This document shows positions 44,916 through 54,235 of a DNA stretch of 64,000 bases, one piece after another. Position 1 is the first letter of the stretch. The number at the start of each line of letters is the position of its first letter. Origin of the DNA: a virus; the IMG/VR virus record IMGVR_UViG_3300020183_000008, positions 1-64,000 of that record, one strand, 5' to 3'. A model generated the notes under the pieces. The model did not search any database. It worked only from the letters and a program-made list of their open reading frames with translations, and had not been told where the DNA came from. The position numbers were made by a program, and so were the translations under genes.

Positions 44916-45595
44916 CAGAAAATCCCCTTAAAACCAGAGTCATAGCGTTGTGATAAAGTCCGGATAAATCGTTCTCGCCCAACCTTTTTCAATAAGTCGT
45001 TGGCATCTTTTACCCCATCAGAAAAAACGATAGCTTCCATCGAACCTATGTTCATTCCCTTGGATCGCAATTCGGCGGACATTTTATCTTGCATTATCAT
45101 CCCCCACTTGTCTTTGTCTAGGCAGAACCATACAGTTTTTGCATACCTTTTAAGAAACCGTATGTGACCGGATGAAAGTTTGTTGCCCATCAAACTCAAG
45201 ACATTAGGCTTGAAAAGAGAAAAAGAAACAGCATCGAAGGTACCCTCAACGAGAAAGACCTCTTCTGTTTCCCAGATTGATTCGAGCGAGCACCTATTCA
45301 ACCCAAAAAATTGATATCTAGCGTCAGGCATAAACCACTTGTGGTGCCTTTTTTGTTGAAGACTGCGCAATTCAAAACCAACGGGTTGTAGCAAGTCATC
45401 AAATATCGGAAGCAAGATAGCTGTTTCAATCGACCTAGGGATCCCAAAGTCGTTACAATCCTTAAAATTCTTTTTATAGAGCCCGATTTGAAACGGGTCG
45501 CTGTCCGCTACTGTCAATCCTCGCGATGATATGTAATCGCGAAACAGAGCATCATTTTTATTAGAGTGCTTTTCTAAAAATTTATTGAGAGTCAC
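44915..45595 (-). CDS. DnaG-type primase, TOPRIM core only
   Basis: LLPIFD...VGFELR, LVEGTFDAVS, CLDKDKWG, KDANDLL. Confidence 0.85.
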   Translation of the reverse strand: MTLNKFLEKHSNKNDALFRDYISSRGLTVADSDPFQIGLYKKNFKDCNDFGIPRSIETAILLPIFDDLLQPVGFELRSLQQKRHHKWFMPDARYQFFGLNRCSLESIWETEEVFLVEGTFDAVSFSLFKPNVLSLMGNKLSSGHIRFLKRYAKTVWFCLDKDKWGMIMQDKMSAELRSKGMNIGSMEAIVFSDGVKDANDLLKKVGRERFIRTLSQRYDSGFKGIF

Positions 45596-45602
45596 AGAAC
45601 CA

Positions 45603-45911
45603 TTATTGACTCATGTAGGGCATCATGGCAACCCCCAACCGCACTAATTCTGTATTTAGTCGATGAGTGATTTCACGGATGACAACATTTTCATCAACGG
45701 CATCTCCGCACAGGATTTTTGCGGAGATACTATCCACAACGTCCGAAACTATTTCAGGAAACACATCTTTTTTGAAGCGATCGGCAACATCCGTGCCTTT
45801 TTTTGGATTCTTCGGATAAGATCTTATGATATGATTCTCTAATCTGAGAAAACCAGACAGCTTGAGAAGACAAGTTTCAACTCTTTTTTCATTCCAACCC
45901 GACATCTTCAT
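45603..45911 (-). CDS. Hypothetical protein (start may be 45905)
   Basis: First gene of the leftward replication operon. Confidence 0.6.
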   Translation of the reverse strand: MKMSGWNEKRVETCLLKLSGFLRLENHIIRSYPKNPKKGTDVADRFKKDVFPEIVSDVVDSISAKILCGDAVDENVVIREITHRLNTELVRLGVAMMPYMSQ

Positions 45912-45922
45912 ATAATAGCAAC

Positions 45923-46216
45923 GTGTTGGTTTATACTTGTAAAAATAAAGATTGTAAAAAGTACCTGATTAACGGTGATGCACTTTGCAAAGTGATTTCC
46001 GAAAAAGGAGAGGCGTCTCTTGACTTAGAGACAGGTCTCTACACATCCAACGAAAATGAACCTATTTCAGGTCAGGTGCGATGTTTTCACTGTAACAAGC
46101 ACGCCTTGAAAAAAGAAATGTTGTCGCTCGACTGTGAAAAAAGCGAATTGCTGAGGGATCTAGATAACATAGAATCAGAAATTGATAATTTGATGAAGAT
46201 CATGGGGGGTGCATGA
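45923..46216 (+). CDS. Small putative zinc-ribbon protein
   Basis: CKNKDC...CFHC; ATGA overlap with dnaJ. Confidence 0.6.
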   Translation: MLVYTCKNKDCKKYLINGDALCKVISEKGEASLDLETGLYTSNENEPISGQVRCFHCNKHALKKEMLSLDCEKSELLRDLDNIESEIDNLMKIMGGA

Positions 46217-47073
46217 ACCCCTTCGAAATTCTAGGTTTATCCGATGATGTGACACTGGAGCAAATAAAAAAACGCTACAGACAACTGAGTCTGGAACATC
46301 ACCCCGACAGAGGGGGTGACATCGAAAAATTCAGATCAATCACGGATGCTTACTCTTTAATCAACAGTGAGCAAAACTTAAAAAATTACCGTTCTCGAAA
46401 AAATTCTATTTTTTCTTGGGACTCCGATCTTGAATCCTTTTTCGGTGACATGTTCAACGCAAAAAAACCACCTGCTCGCCGCACGATTTACACAGATGTT
46501 TACATTTCTTTCGAAGAATCTTTCACAGGATGCACCAAACATGTTTTTTATCAGGAAGTTAAAACTTGTCGAGCTTGCGGGGGTGTAGGGGCATCATCTT
46601 TTGATCCTCAAGGAAACGTAGTAAAAACATGCAACGATTGTTTAGGAGCCGGGTTTACTAACCAAACTCATCAAGCAGAGTTAAATATACCGCGCAGTGT
46701 CGCGGATGGTCATCAACTTGTAGCCGCTGATGATGTTGTAGCCACAATCCACATCGTTCCTCACGGGGACATGACCCGAAAAGGATTGGATGTGCTATCG
46801 ATGCTAAAGGTTTCTTTAAGAGATGTATTTAATGGAAGCAGGCTGCACCTTCAAACTTTGCATGGTGAAGTCGCATTTGACTTGCCACGGTGTCTCCAAC
46901 CTGACAAGATAATCAGATTAAAGAAAAAGGGATTTTTTGATGTGCGTCGGAACACCTACGGTGACCATTTGTTGACTATAAAACTTGTTATCCCTGAGTT
47001 TTCTGATGAAAATTGTGAAAAGATTGTGAGGTGCTTGGATGAAATCCAAACGAGAGAATCAAAAACTAGCTGA
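46213..47073 (+). CDS. dnaJ: DnaJ-like co-chaperone
   Basis: J domain with HPD, CRACGGVG and CNDCLGAG, C-terminal GDHLL domain. Confidence 0.9.
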   Translation: MNPFEILGLSDDVTLEQIKKRYRQLSLEHHPDRGGDIEKFRSITDAYSLINSEQNLKNYRSRKNSIFSWDSDLESFFGDMFNAKKPPARRTIYTDVYISFEESFTGCTKHVFYQEVKTCRACGGVGASSFDPQGNVVKTCNDCLGAGFTNQTHQAELNIPRSVADGHQLVAADDVVATIHIVPHGDMTRKGLDVLSMLKVSLRDVFNGSRLHLQTLHGEVAFDLPRCLQPDKIIRLKKKGFFDVRRNTYGDHLLTIKLVIPEFSDENCEKIVRCLDEIQTRESKTS

Positions 47074-47596
47074 AGAGCCTCTTTTCGTACAGTTCCTCAA
47101 TTCTAAAATCGACTACAACGCAGTGGATTCTTTTTTACTGCGGCTTGAATCAATATTCCCAGAACACGAAGACAAGAAGATTGTCAAGGAGCATCGTGAA
47201 TCTTTGAAGGATCATCATTTGGAAGGTTACAAACTTGTCCAAACAAAATTCAAGGATCACATCGATTACATTCTCTCGTACAAAAACTTCGATTCAGGAT
47301 TCTCATCATGGGCTAACTTTTATCTGTCTAGCTTGCGAGAAAACAAAAGCGAGGATAAAAAAGGTAACTTAGAACGCAGGGTAAGAATTGGAGACAAGAA
47401 CGGTGATTGGTTTTCAGGCATCTTGCTCTACAACTTTAGTCTTTTTTGCCGTTACTATGGAACAGATTTGATTCGCAGATGTGACTCGAAAGTGTATTTC
47501 GTTACTCGTTCGAAATGGGATAAATATTGTTCAGATGAATGCAAAAAAGCGAAGTCATGTAAATACTCAACATCTTCTGTTAAGGTAGAAACATGA
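47039..47596 (+). CDS. Hypothetical protein with C-terminal Cys motif
   Basis: RRCDSKVYFV...KYCSDEC. Confidence 0.6.
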   Translation: MKSKRENQKLAEEPLFVQFLNSKIDYNAVDSFLLRLESIFPEHEDKKIVKEHRESLKDHHLEGYKLVQTKFKDHIDYILSYKNFDSGFSSWANFYLSSLRENKSEDKKGNLERRVRIGDKNGDWFSGILLYNFSLFCRYYGTDLIRRCDSKVYFVTRSKWDKYCSDECKKAKSCKYSTSSVKVET

Positions 47597-48696
47597 AAGA
47601 ACTGATGATCTATCTAAAAACAACAGAAACCTGCCAATTAAATTGTAACCACTGTTTTACTAGCGGCTCAAAGGGTCGAAAGATATTCTTCGATCCAGAC
47701 AAGGTGATATCTTTTTTACAAAGATTAAACAAAACTTTCCCGTGCATTGAAAACGGAGGTACGATATCTTTTCACGGAGGTGAGCCTCTAATCGCACCTT
47801 TGGAAGATATCAAAAAAGTTTATCGAACTTGTAAAGATTTATGGAACGATCCAAAAAAACCACAATCCAAAGTCGCTTGGACTTTTCAGTCTAACCTTGT
47901 TTTTCCTTTGACGGATGAAAAGATAGAACTTATCGATGAAGTTACAGAGAAAAGACAATTTGGAACATCATGGGATTCAAAGATCCGTTTCCCAACGCTG
48001 AAAGCAGAACAGTTATGGGAAAAAAATGTTCGCACCCTTGTGGACAGAGGTTACCCTGTCACGGTGATGGTTTCTTTATCAAAACATGCGCTTGAAAAAG
48101 AACCAAAAGAAATCATACAAAAAATGATAGACCTAGGTATCAAATTTATAGCTTTTGAAAGAATAACAAACAACGGCAATGCAAAAATAAATGATGGATT
48201 GACCCCATCGAACAGAGATTTAGATGCCTACATGTTAAAAATGTGGGAACAAACACTCAAGTACAACTACCAAGAAAAAATCCACAACATTCTTTTAGAT
48301 GGTGTGGTCACATCTTTTTTAAACTCCGCTCACACAGGAGAAAGATGTCGAAACTGTGAGCAAAAAATATTTACCTTGAACGCTGATGGAACAATATCAG
48401 GATGTCCAAATTCAGCGGTAGAAAAGCCCTACGCTCAAATCGACTGGAAGATTTACGACATAATCTTTAGCAAAGGTCGGATGAAAGAAATCGCATGTGA
48501 AGCTGTGAGAAACCCGTTGTGCGCAACGTGCGAAGTAAGGGACATCTGTAACGGGGATTGTCATCAGCTCGCGTGGGAAGGTGATATTTGTGCAGCACCT
48601 AAAAGTCTGATGAAAAAAATAAAAACAAATTTACATTCAAACGATTATTATCATCAGTACGATGATTTGCAGAGATTTAAGGAGGCATCTTTATGA
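47593..48696 (+). CDS. Radical SAM protein with SPASM-like domain (rSAM-1)
   Basis: CQLNCNHC, FHGGEP, RCRNC...GCPN...CATCEVRDICNGDC...IC. Confidence 0.92.
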   Translation: MKELMIYLKTTETCQLNCNHCFTSGSKGRKIFFDPDKVISFLQRLNKTFPCIENGGTISFHGGEPLIAPLEDIKKVYRTCKDLWNDPKKPQSKVAWTFQSNLVFPLTDEKIELIDEVTEKRQFGTSWDSKIRFPTLKAEQLWEKNVRTLVDRGYPVTVMVSLSKHALEKEPKEIIQKMIDLGIKFIAFERITNNGNAKINDGLTPSNRDLDAYMLKMWEQTLKYNYQEKIHNILLDGVVTSFLNSAHTGERCRNCEQKIFTLNADGTISGCPNSAVEKPYAQIDWKIYDIIFSKGRMKEIACEAVRNPLCATCEVRDICNGDCHQLAWEGDICAAPKSLMKKIKTNLHSNDYYHQYDDLQRFKEASL

Positions 48697-49469
48697 GCGA
48701 AGTAATTACAAAAAGAGTGAAAGCTCCTCTGAGTGTTGATGAAATGAAGGATGCTTTTCTTAATAAAGCCGACAGAGACGCAGGTAAAATCAAATATATC
48801 GTTGATTACGTAAACAGCACTATCAAAGGTGATATTCTCCTTCAATATCTATCAAACCTCGAAATTCAAGCGGATTTTGATTTTACAGGAACATCTAAGC
48901 AAGAGAGATTCGACTTTCTTTTGACTTACTTCAAGATGAAAACAATCATCAAGAATAAAGATCTTAATTATGCTGCGAGTGCAGTCGTACTTCGAAGTAA
49001 AGATTTTTCAGGTGAATTCCTGAAGCAAGACTTTCTGACCAATGAAGAGGTCGATGAATTTTATACTTTGCACAAAAATTTAGTGGATAAATGGTCTTTG
49101 ATTGTTGATTCAAGTCTATTGCTATTGATTAGAGTTTCATCACCTCAAACAAGTTTGGATGCATACGAAGATATTTTGGATCCAAATTACTGCGGTGTTA
49201 ATTTTGTCAATCTTTACAATATTTCAGGTTTCTTCAATATTTTTACATCACGCCCTGCAATAAGTGAATTGAAATGGTTCACACACCAGTTCGAAAATTT
49301 TGCTTTTAATAATCAACTCCTATTCAAAATAATCAGCGATTCTGATGAGAGTTTCTTATCATCTTTTAATATGATGCGAGCGACTTTAAATGAGACTTTC
49401 TCAAAAGAATTTTTAGACCAACTAGATCAAGAATTTGATAAATTAGGAAAAGAAAATGCTATTACCTAA
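48693..49469 (+). CDS. Hypothetical protein in the radical SAM cluster
   Basis: 258 aa, AAGGAGG SD, ATGA overlap. Confidence 0.75.
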   Translation: MSEVITKRVKAPLSVDEMKDAFLNKADRDAGKIKYIVDYVNSTIKGDILLQYLSNLEIQADFDFTGTSKQERFDFLLTYFKMKTIIKNKDLNYAASAVVLRSKDFSGEFLKQDFLTNEEVDEFYTLHKNLVDKWSLIVDSSLLLLIRVSSPQTSLDAYEDILDPNYCGVNFVNLYNISGFFNIFTSRPAISELKWFTHQFENFAFNNQLLFKIISDSDESFLSSFNMMRATLNETFSKEFLDQLDQEFDKLGKENAIT

Positions 49470-49635
49470 AAAACAATATGACGATCGCCTTAAAATATGC
49501 GCATCTTGCCCAAATTACATAAAAGTGCTTGGCATTGGTAGGTGTAAAATTTGCGGTTGCATTATGGCTGTTAAGGCTAAAATATCAGCTACAAAATGCC
49601 CTATCGAAAAATGGGACAAAAAGGGAGAGATGTAA
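49456..49635 (+). CDS. 59-aa Cys-rich small protein (DUF6171-like), not in the ORF track
   Basis: MLLPKKQYDDRLKICASCPNYIKVLGIGRCKICGCIMAVKAKISATKCPIEKWDKKGEM; AGGA SD; TAATG coupling to the next gene. Confidence 0.8.
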   Translation: MLLPKKQYDDRLKICASCPNYIKVLGIGRCKICGCIMAVKAKISATKCPIEKWDKKGEM

Positions 49636-50225
49636 TGGCTACAGTAGGTGCAACCATCACAAGAACTACAATGAAAGATGATGGTAATTCTATACCGAAT
49701 GATCGCAACCCTCGCGCAGTGTGGTTTAGAGAGTCGAATGGAGTTCCTGTCGCTAACCCCCAAGGTGCTTGGAACTATTTCACGCCTGCGACCAACACAG
49801 AAAGATGCGCAGTTTATTTAGGTTATAAAGTAGCTACTTATAGCGAGGCTAACTACGGAGCCGCACAATCCCTCATTACAGCATCCACGATTGTAACAAA
49901 TTTCAGAGAATTAGCTAAAAGATGCACACGGTTTCAATATTTACAACATGGCGCTCAAACCAGGTCTTGTACGACTCGTTTTGACATAAATTTCGGTAAC
50001 CGTATCATAGCTAGAGATGTAGAAAATGCTAGTTTGAATTCCCAGATAGATACAATCACAGGTCCGGCGACCGGATCTATTATTTCAGCATCAGCCTTGA
50101 ATGCTTTTGTGACAAACTTGAATAACAAAGCAGCGGAATCTCTAAATATACAAAATTACTGTGACCACACTTTTTGCCACTGCTCATGTCACTCTAGTTG
50201 TCACGCTAGTCGAGCTCGACGATAG
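49635..50225 (+). CDS. 196-aa protein with C-terminal (C-H-x-S)3-RARR tail; candidate radical SAM substrate
   Basis: Start moved to the ATG at 49635 (AAGGGAG SD, TAATG); ends YCDHTFCHCSCHSSCHASRARR. Confidence 0.8.
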   Translation: MATVGATITRTTMKDDGNSIPNDRNPRAVWFRESNGVPVANPQGAWNYFTPATNTERCAVYLGYKVATYSEANYGAAQSLITASTIVTNFRELAKRCTRFQYLQHGAQTRSCTTRFDINFGNRIIARDVENASLNSQIDTITGPATGSIISASALNAFVTNLNNKAAESLNIQNYCDHTFCHCSCHSSCHASRARR

Positions 50226-50231
50226 GAATTT

Positions 50232-51383
50232 GTGATGAGAAAACCTTCAATTCCCACAATAAAAGATGGGTCGAACAACTATTCGGATTTTCTCGAAGCA
50301 AAATATCAGAGTCCAGTTGATGAAAACTATATCAAAAATCTTTTGAAAAAAAAGATCCCTGATGAAGCTGAAATTGAAGTCAGTCTTTTTCAGATCTGTG
50401 GTTTGAAGTGCGCTTTTTGTTGGCAAGACCACGATGATGCAACGGGTTTAAACTCTATTGTTGATAAATTTGATCCCATCTCCGCATTCGTTCAAAAAAA
50501 CCCATCGAAAAAATTCAATGTCCCTTTGATGGGCGGTGAATTGTTCGAAGATTCCAGAACATCTCAGCATTATGAAGACTACTTTACGCTCATAACAAGG
50601 GTAGATGATTTTGCTAGATCTATTGGCAAAAGAATGAAATGGATTCTGGTATCCAACTTATCTTTCAAAAACGCACAACCGGTTTTAGATTTCACAAATC
50701 GCTTAACAGAAGCAAAAAGTGATTGGTGCCTCAGTAGTTCTTTAGACTTCCACGGTAGACCCGTCGCACATTCGATCGAGACTCTCTGGCATAAAAACAT
50801 CATGCTATTCGAAAATAAAATAGCAACAATCAACATGGTTCTAACAGGACCAACCATCCGACGCTTTTTAAATCATGAAACTGATAGATCCTATTTTGAT
50901 CATCTTTATAATTCAGGTTTTCCTCTATCTTTCGACTACTACACACCGGAATCAAATGCAGCGTTGTTGATCCCATCAGATGAAGAATTACTAAATTTCT
51001 TCATCGAAATAGCGGAAAAATACCCGAAAATGGAACCGATGAGTGACTGGTTGAATAATGAACATAACACCATGAGTTGCCTGAGTCTTAACAAACTCAC
51101 TATTTTACCTAACAATCGCATGGTTACTTGTCGACAGTTGGCTTACAAGCCTGAAGATTTCCAAAATAAAATCCACTACGAAAGTAACGCCAACATAATC
51201 GAATCTTTCATCACAAAAAAAGAATGCTTATCCTGCCCTTACTTCAGTAGATGCGGGTTTTCTTGTTTTGTTTTAGATGACCATGTATATTTTTCCAGAA
51301 AACAAAAACTCAAAGAGTGCCTTTACAAAATGATGTTCAGACATATAGAGGCGAAAAATGGATTTAATAATCAAACCAACTGA
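50232..51383 (+). CDS. Radical SAM protein (rSAM-2)
   Basis: CGLKCAFC, MGGELF, C-terminal CLSCPYFSRCGFSC...EC. Confidence 0.9.
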   Translation: MMRKPSIPTIKDGSNNYSDFLEAKYQSPVDENYIKNLLKKKIPDEAEIEVSLFQICGLKCAFCWQDHDDATGLNSIVDKFDPISAFVQKNPSKKFNVPLMGGELFEDSRTSQHYEDYFTLITRVDDFARSIGKRMKWILVSNLSFKNAQPVLDFTNRLTEAKSDWCLSSSLDFHGRPVAHSIETLWHKNIMLFENKIATINMVLTGPTIRRFLNHETDRSYFDHLYNSGFPLSFDYYTPESNAALLIPSDEELLNFFIEIAEKYPKMEPMSDWLNNEHNTMSCLSLNKLTILPNNRMVTCRQLAYKPEDFQNKIHYESNANIIESFITKKECLSCPYFSRCGFSCFVLDDHVYFSRKQKLKECLYKMMFRHIEAKNGFNNQTN

Positions 51384-52413
51384 GGTTTGCAATTTCGCTT
51401 GCACTTTTTGCAGCTCGACAAAAATAGCAGATCGTAAAAATCAAGTTTTAGACTTAAATCTCATTTTTGATTTTCTCAAGAGATTCCCTCAAACCAACAC
51501 AATCATCGTGAACGGAGGGGATCCCTTAGTTATAAATCCAAGTTATTATTGGAAAATAATCGAATACCTTGACCAAAACGACCTTCCTGCAATTATTAGT
51601 TTTACGACAAACCTTTGGGATTTTTACAAAAAACCTGAAAAATGGCTAGATTTGTTTAGAAACTACAGACGGCTACAAGTCGCCACATCATTCAATTACG
51701 GTGATACCCGAAGAATTTCAAAAAACAGGGTTTTCACAGAAGATGATTTTTGGAAAATTAGTGACTTGATGAAAGAACTCGTTGGGTATCGACCTGGTTT
51801 CATTTCAGTCATCACTGAAGAAAACGAGGATACAGCGATTGATAATGTTCGACTCGCCAAAAAAATGGGTGTTGAGTGTAAACTAAATTACGCTATGGCT
51901 TCAGGTGCCCAAAACAAGCCTTTTTTACTTTCCAAAATTTATAAAATTTACCTTCAAATTTACAGGCAAGGTTTAGCACCTTGGGAATTCAATACCAAAC
52001 AAATGACTGCACGTTTGAAAGATGTCCCAACTGTATGCCCACTAAATAGAAATTGCGATTCAGGGATTCGATGCCTTCAACCGAACGGAGCGTACCATTC
52101 TTGCGGAGCGTTCGGAGATGACAATTTCGAAGACAACAAAAAATACGAGATCGATTTCAAGAAAGAAGTTTATGAAAAGCAATTTTTCTTACCGTTGAAA
52201 CAGGACTATACGATTCAAAGAATGAAAGACGAATGCCTCACTTGCCCCATGTTTAAGATATGTAACGGTTGCCATAAGACAATCAAGGACTACAAAAATC
52301 TAAATCTCGTGGAAGAGCATTGCTCTTTGATGAAAGAAATAGCACCTGAGATTATAGAAACTAAACTTTTTGCACCAGATATTGTTAAACAAATAGCTGA
52401 ATTACCATTATGA
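51358..52413 (+). CDS. Radical SAM protein with SPASM-like domain (rSAM-3)
   Basis: KPTEVCNFACTFC, NGGDPL, CPLNRNC...SCG...CLTCPMFKICNGC...HC. Confidence 0.92.
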   Translation: MDLIIKPTEVCNFACTFCSSTKIADRKNQVLDLNLIFDFLKRFPQTNTIIVNGGDPLVINPSYYWKIIEYLDQNDLPAIISFTTNLWDFYKKPEKWLDLFRNYRRLQVATSFNYGDTRRISKNRVFTEDDFWKISDLMKELVGYRPGFISVITEENEDTAIDNVRLAKKMGVECKLNYAMASGAQNKPFLLSKIYKIYLQIYRQGLAPWEFNTKQMTARLKDVPTVCPLNRNCDSGIRCLQPNGAYHSCGAFGDDNFEDNKKYEIDFKKEVYEKQFFLPLKQDYTIQRMKDECLTCPMFKICNGCHKTIKDYKNLNLVEEHCSLMKEIAPEIIETKLFAPDIVKQIAELPL

Positions 52414-53333
52414 ACATATCATTAAACCCTAGCTACCTTTGTAATTTGCGATGTGAATTCTGCTATCTAGGTGAAAAATTAGGTGACCCTAAGCGCATCG
52501 ACCTTCAGGTGTTGGATCAGAGACTCGCGGCTGTTAACGAAATTTCAAAAATCGAACAAATTGACCTGTACGGTGGTGAAATTCTTATACTACCCGATGA
52601 TTACTTGAGACAGCTTATGAATGTGATAAAAAATCACTATCAAGGGTCAATAAATTTAATAACAAATCTTACAAAAATGAAAAGATGGTTTATCGAGAGA
52701 GATGATATTGAATTATCAGTTTCTTTTGATTTCGAAGCTAGATCCGCTTTTCAAAATACTTTAAATAATTTGATGACACTCAAAAAGCCTGTGTCGATAT
52801 TGATGCTCGCATCACCTAAATTGATGAGTTTAGATTTTGAAGAAATGCTAAATATTCTAAATCGAATACCTTGCATCCAATCCGTAGAGATAAAGCCTTA
52901 CTCATCGAATCAATACAACCAACTCGAAACAAAATTCTCTGAATACGAAAGTTTTGTAAAGAAATTTGTTGTTGCTTTCGAAACAGAGAAACTCAAGCCT
53001 TTCTTAACGAACGTGCAGTATATCCAAGATTCCATCAGCCTTGAAAGAAATGCTTTTTCCGACAATCATATCTACATAACACCATCTGGAAAATTCGGTG
53101 TATTAGAATTCGATGATAAAGACCATGAATTTTTCTTAGAATTAGATTCTCTCGATGACTATTACGCTTGGGCAACAAAAGAAAAAATGAAAATCAAAAA
53201 CAATTATTTTTGTTCTGAATGCAAATGGCAAGGGCATTGCCTTACAGAGCACTACAGAGAAGTCAAAGATATTACCCATTCATGCAATGGATTCAAACAC
53301 CTGTTGGAGTGGTATGAAAATGCGGGAACATAA
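52410..53333 (+). CDS. Radical SAM protein (rSAM-4)
   Basis: CNLRCEFC, YGGEI, C-terminal CSECKWQGHCLTEH...SCNG. Confidence 0.9.
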   Translation: MNISLNPSYLCNLRCEFCYLGEKLGDPKRIDLQVLDQRLAAVNEISKIEQIDLYGGEILILPDDYLRQLMNVIKNHYQGSINLITNLTKMKRWFIERDDIELSVSFDFEARSAFQNTLNNLMTLKKPVSILMLASPKLMSLDFEEMLNILNRIPCIQSVEIKPYSSNQYNQLETKFSEYESFVKKFVVAFETEKLKPFLTNVQYIQDSISLERNAFSDNHIYITPSGKFGVLEFDDKDHEFFLELDSLDDYYAWATKEKMKIKNNYFCSECKWQGHCLTEHYREVKDITHSCNGFKHLLEWYENAGT

Positions 53334-53853
53334 AATTAGACAAGCGTTGTATCACAAAATAGCAAATCTCGATGACATACTCGATGATGTAGAAAAGCTA
53401 GAGCCTGTCGTATATCGAGAGAATGAGTCCGACAGAGATACAGCCCTCACCATCATCAGATATTTCCGTGAGGAAATCAGAGAACTTATCTACCCAGCTA
53501 AACCGTTCGTAGTGGCTCTCGTTTACGCGTGTCTTTTAGAAAGACACTTTTGTGAGCCTTTTTATGAATCGATATCCGACCCTGATTTGCTACATGGAAA
53601 TGATAAATGGTTCAAACCGTATTGTGATGAAACCAAAGACATTTACGACCATGCAATTTTTCATCTAGGGGCTGAATTGGATTTCATCGTTAGTGATGAA
53701 TTACAATACATACCTTCACAAATCAGGTCGACTATTGAATATTTCAAAAAAGAATTTTTAATTGAAACTAACTACTTACCTGTGCTGCCGAATCCACCTT
53801 CACCTCTGTCCGACTCATCTAATTCAGACACAACGGTGAAATCTAAATCATAG
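53314..53853 (+). CDS. Hypothetical protein in the radical SAM cluster
   Basis: Start placed at the ATG at 53314 after GGAGTGGT; acidic, LIYPAKPF and DPDLL..ND motifs. Confidence 0.7.
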   Translation: MKMREHKIRQALYHKIANLDDILDDVEKLEPVVYRENESDRDTALTIIRYFREEIRELIYPAKPFVVALVYACLLERHFCEPFYESISDPDLLHGNDKWFKPYCDETKDIYDHAIFHLGAELDFIVSDELQYIPSQIRSTIEYFKKEFLIETNYLPVLPNPPSPLSDSSNSDTTVKSKS

Positions 53854-54203
53854 TCTTTGACAAGTTTGATCTGACCAATTCTTTCACCGATATAAAATGG
53901 TTGCGCATCTTCTCTCACACGGCGAAATCTGTATTCAATTTCACCCCGATATGAATGGTCGATTACACCCACTGAATTTGCAAGAATCCAGCCAGTTTTT
54001 GAAATAGATGAGCGAGGGAAAGCCAGAAAGCTATAACCCTCAGGTGGTTGAACAGCGATTCCTGTTTTGACTCTTAAAAATTCAGGAGTCTCTTCTACGA
54101 TATCTGCAAAAACATCCCACGCAGCATCATCGCTATGAGCACGTTTAGGAGGCAGAGAACTACCCCGAAGCAATTTTACTTTGACTTGAAATTTTGAAGA
54201 CAT
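53772..54203 (-). CDS. dut: Trimeric dUTPase
   Basis: AAWD, PRSS, GVIDHSYRGEI, RIGQI, RGEGGFGSTG. Confidence 0.95.
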   Translation of the reverse strand: MSSKFQVKVKLLRGSSLPPKRAHSDDAAWDVFADIVEETPEFLRVKTGIAVQPPEGYSFLAFPRSSISKTGWILANSVGVIDHSYRGEIEYRFRRVREDAQPFYIGERIGQIKLVKDYDLDFTVVSELDESDRGEGGFGSTGK

Positions 54204-54235
54204 CTGTAACCCCCTCTGATGTGCTAGAATAACTT

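Noticed and set aside
40706-47073. Bacterial chromosome origin suggested by dnaX, dnaN, nusG and dnaJ
   Set aside because: These genes are divergent and lie in the same gene runs as terminase, portal and baseplate genes, with no bacterial housekeeping synteny. A prophage or plasmid state cannot be excluded from this window.
49596-49634. Listed start of the 209-aa ORF
   Set aside because: It lies inside the 59-aa Cys-rich gene; the ATG at 49635 has an SD and TAATG coupling.
47593-53333. rSAM genes as a 7-deazaguanine or other DNA-modification pathway
   Set aside because: No queC, queD, folE or dpdA-like genes are nearby, and the SPASM-type Cys tails plus the adjacent Cys/His-tailed protein fit peptide maturases better. 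Not excluded without a search.
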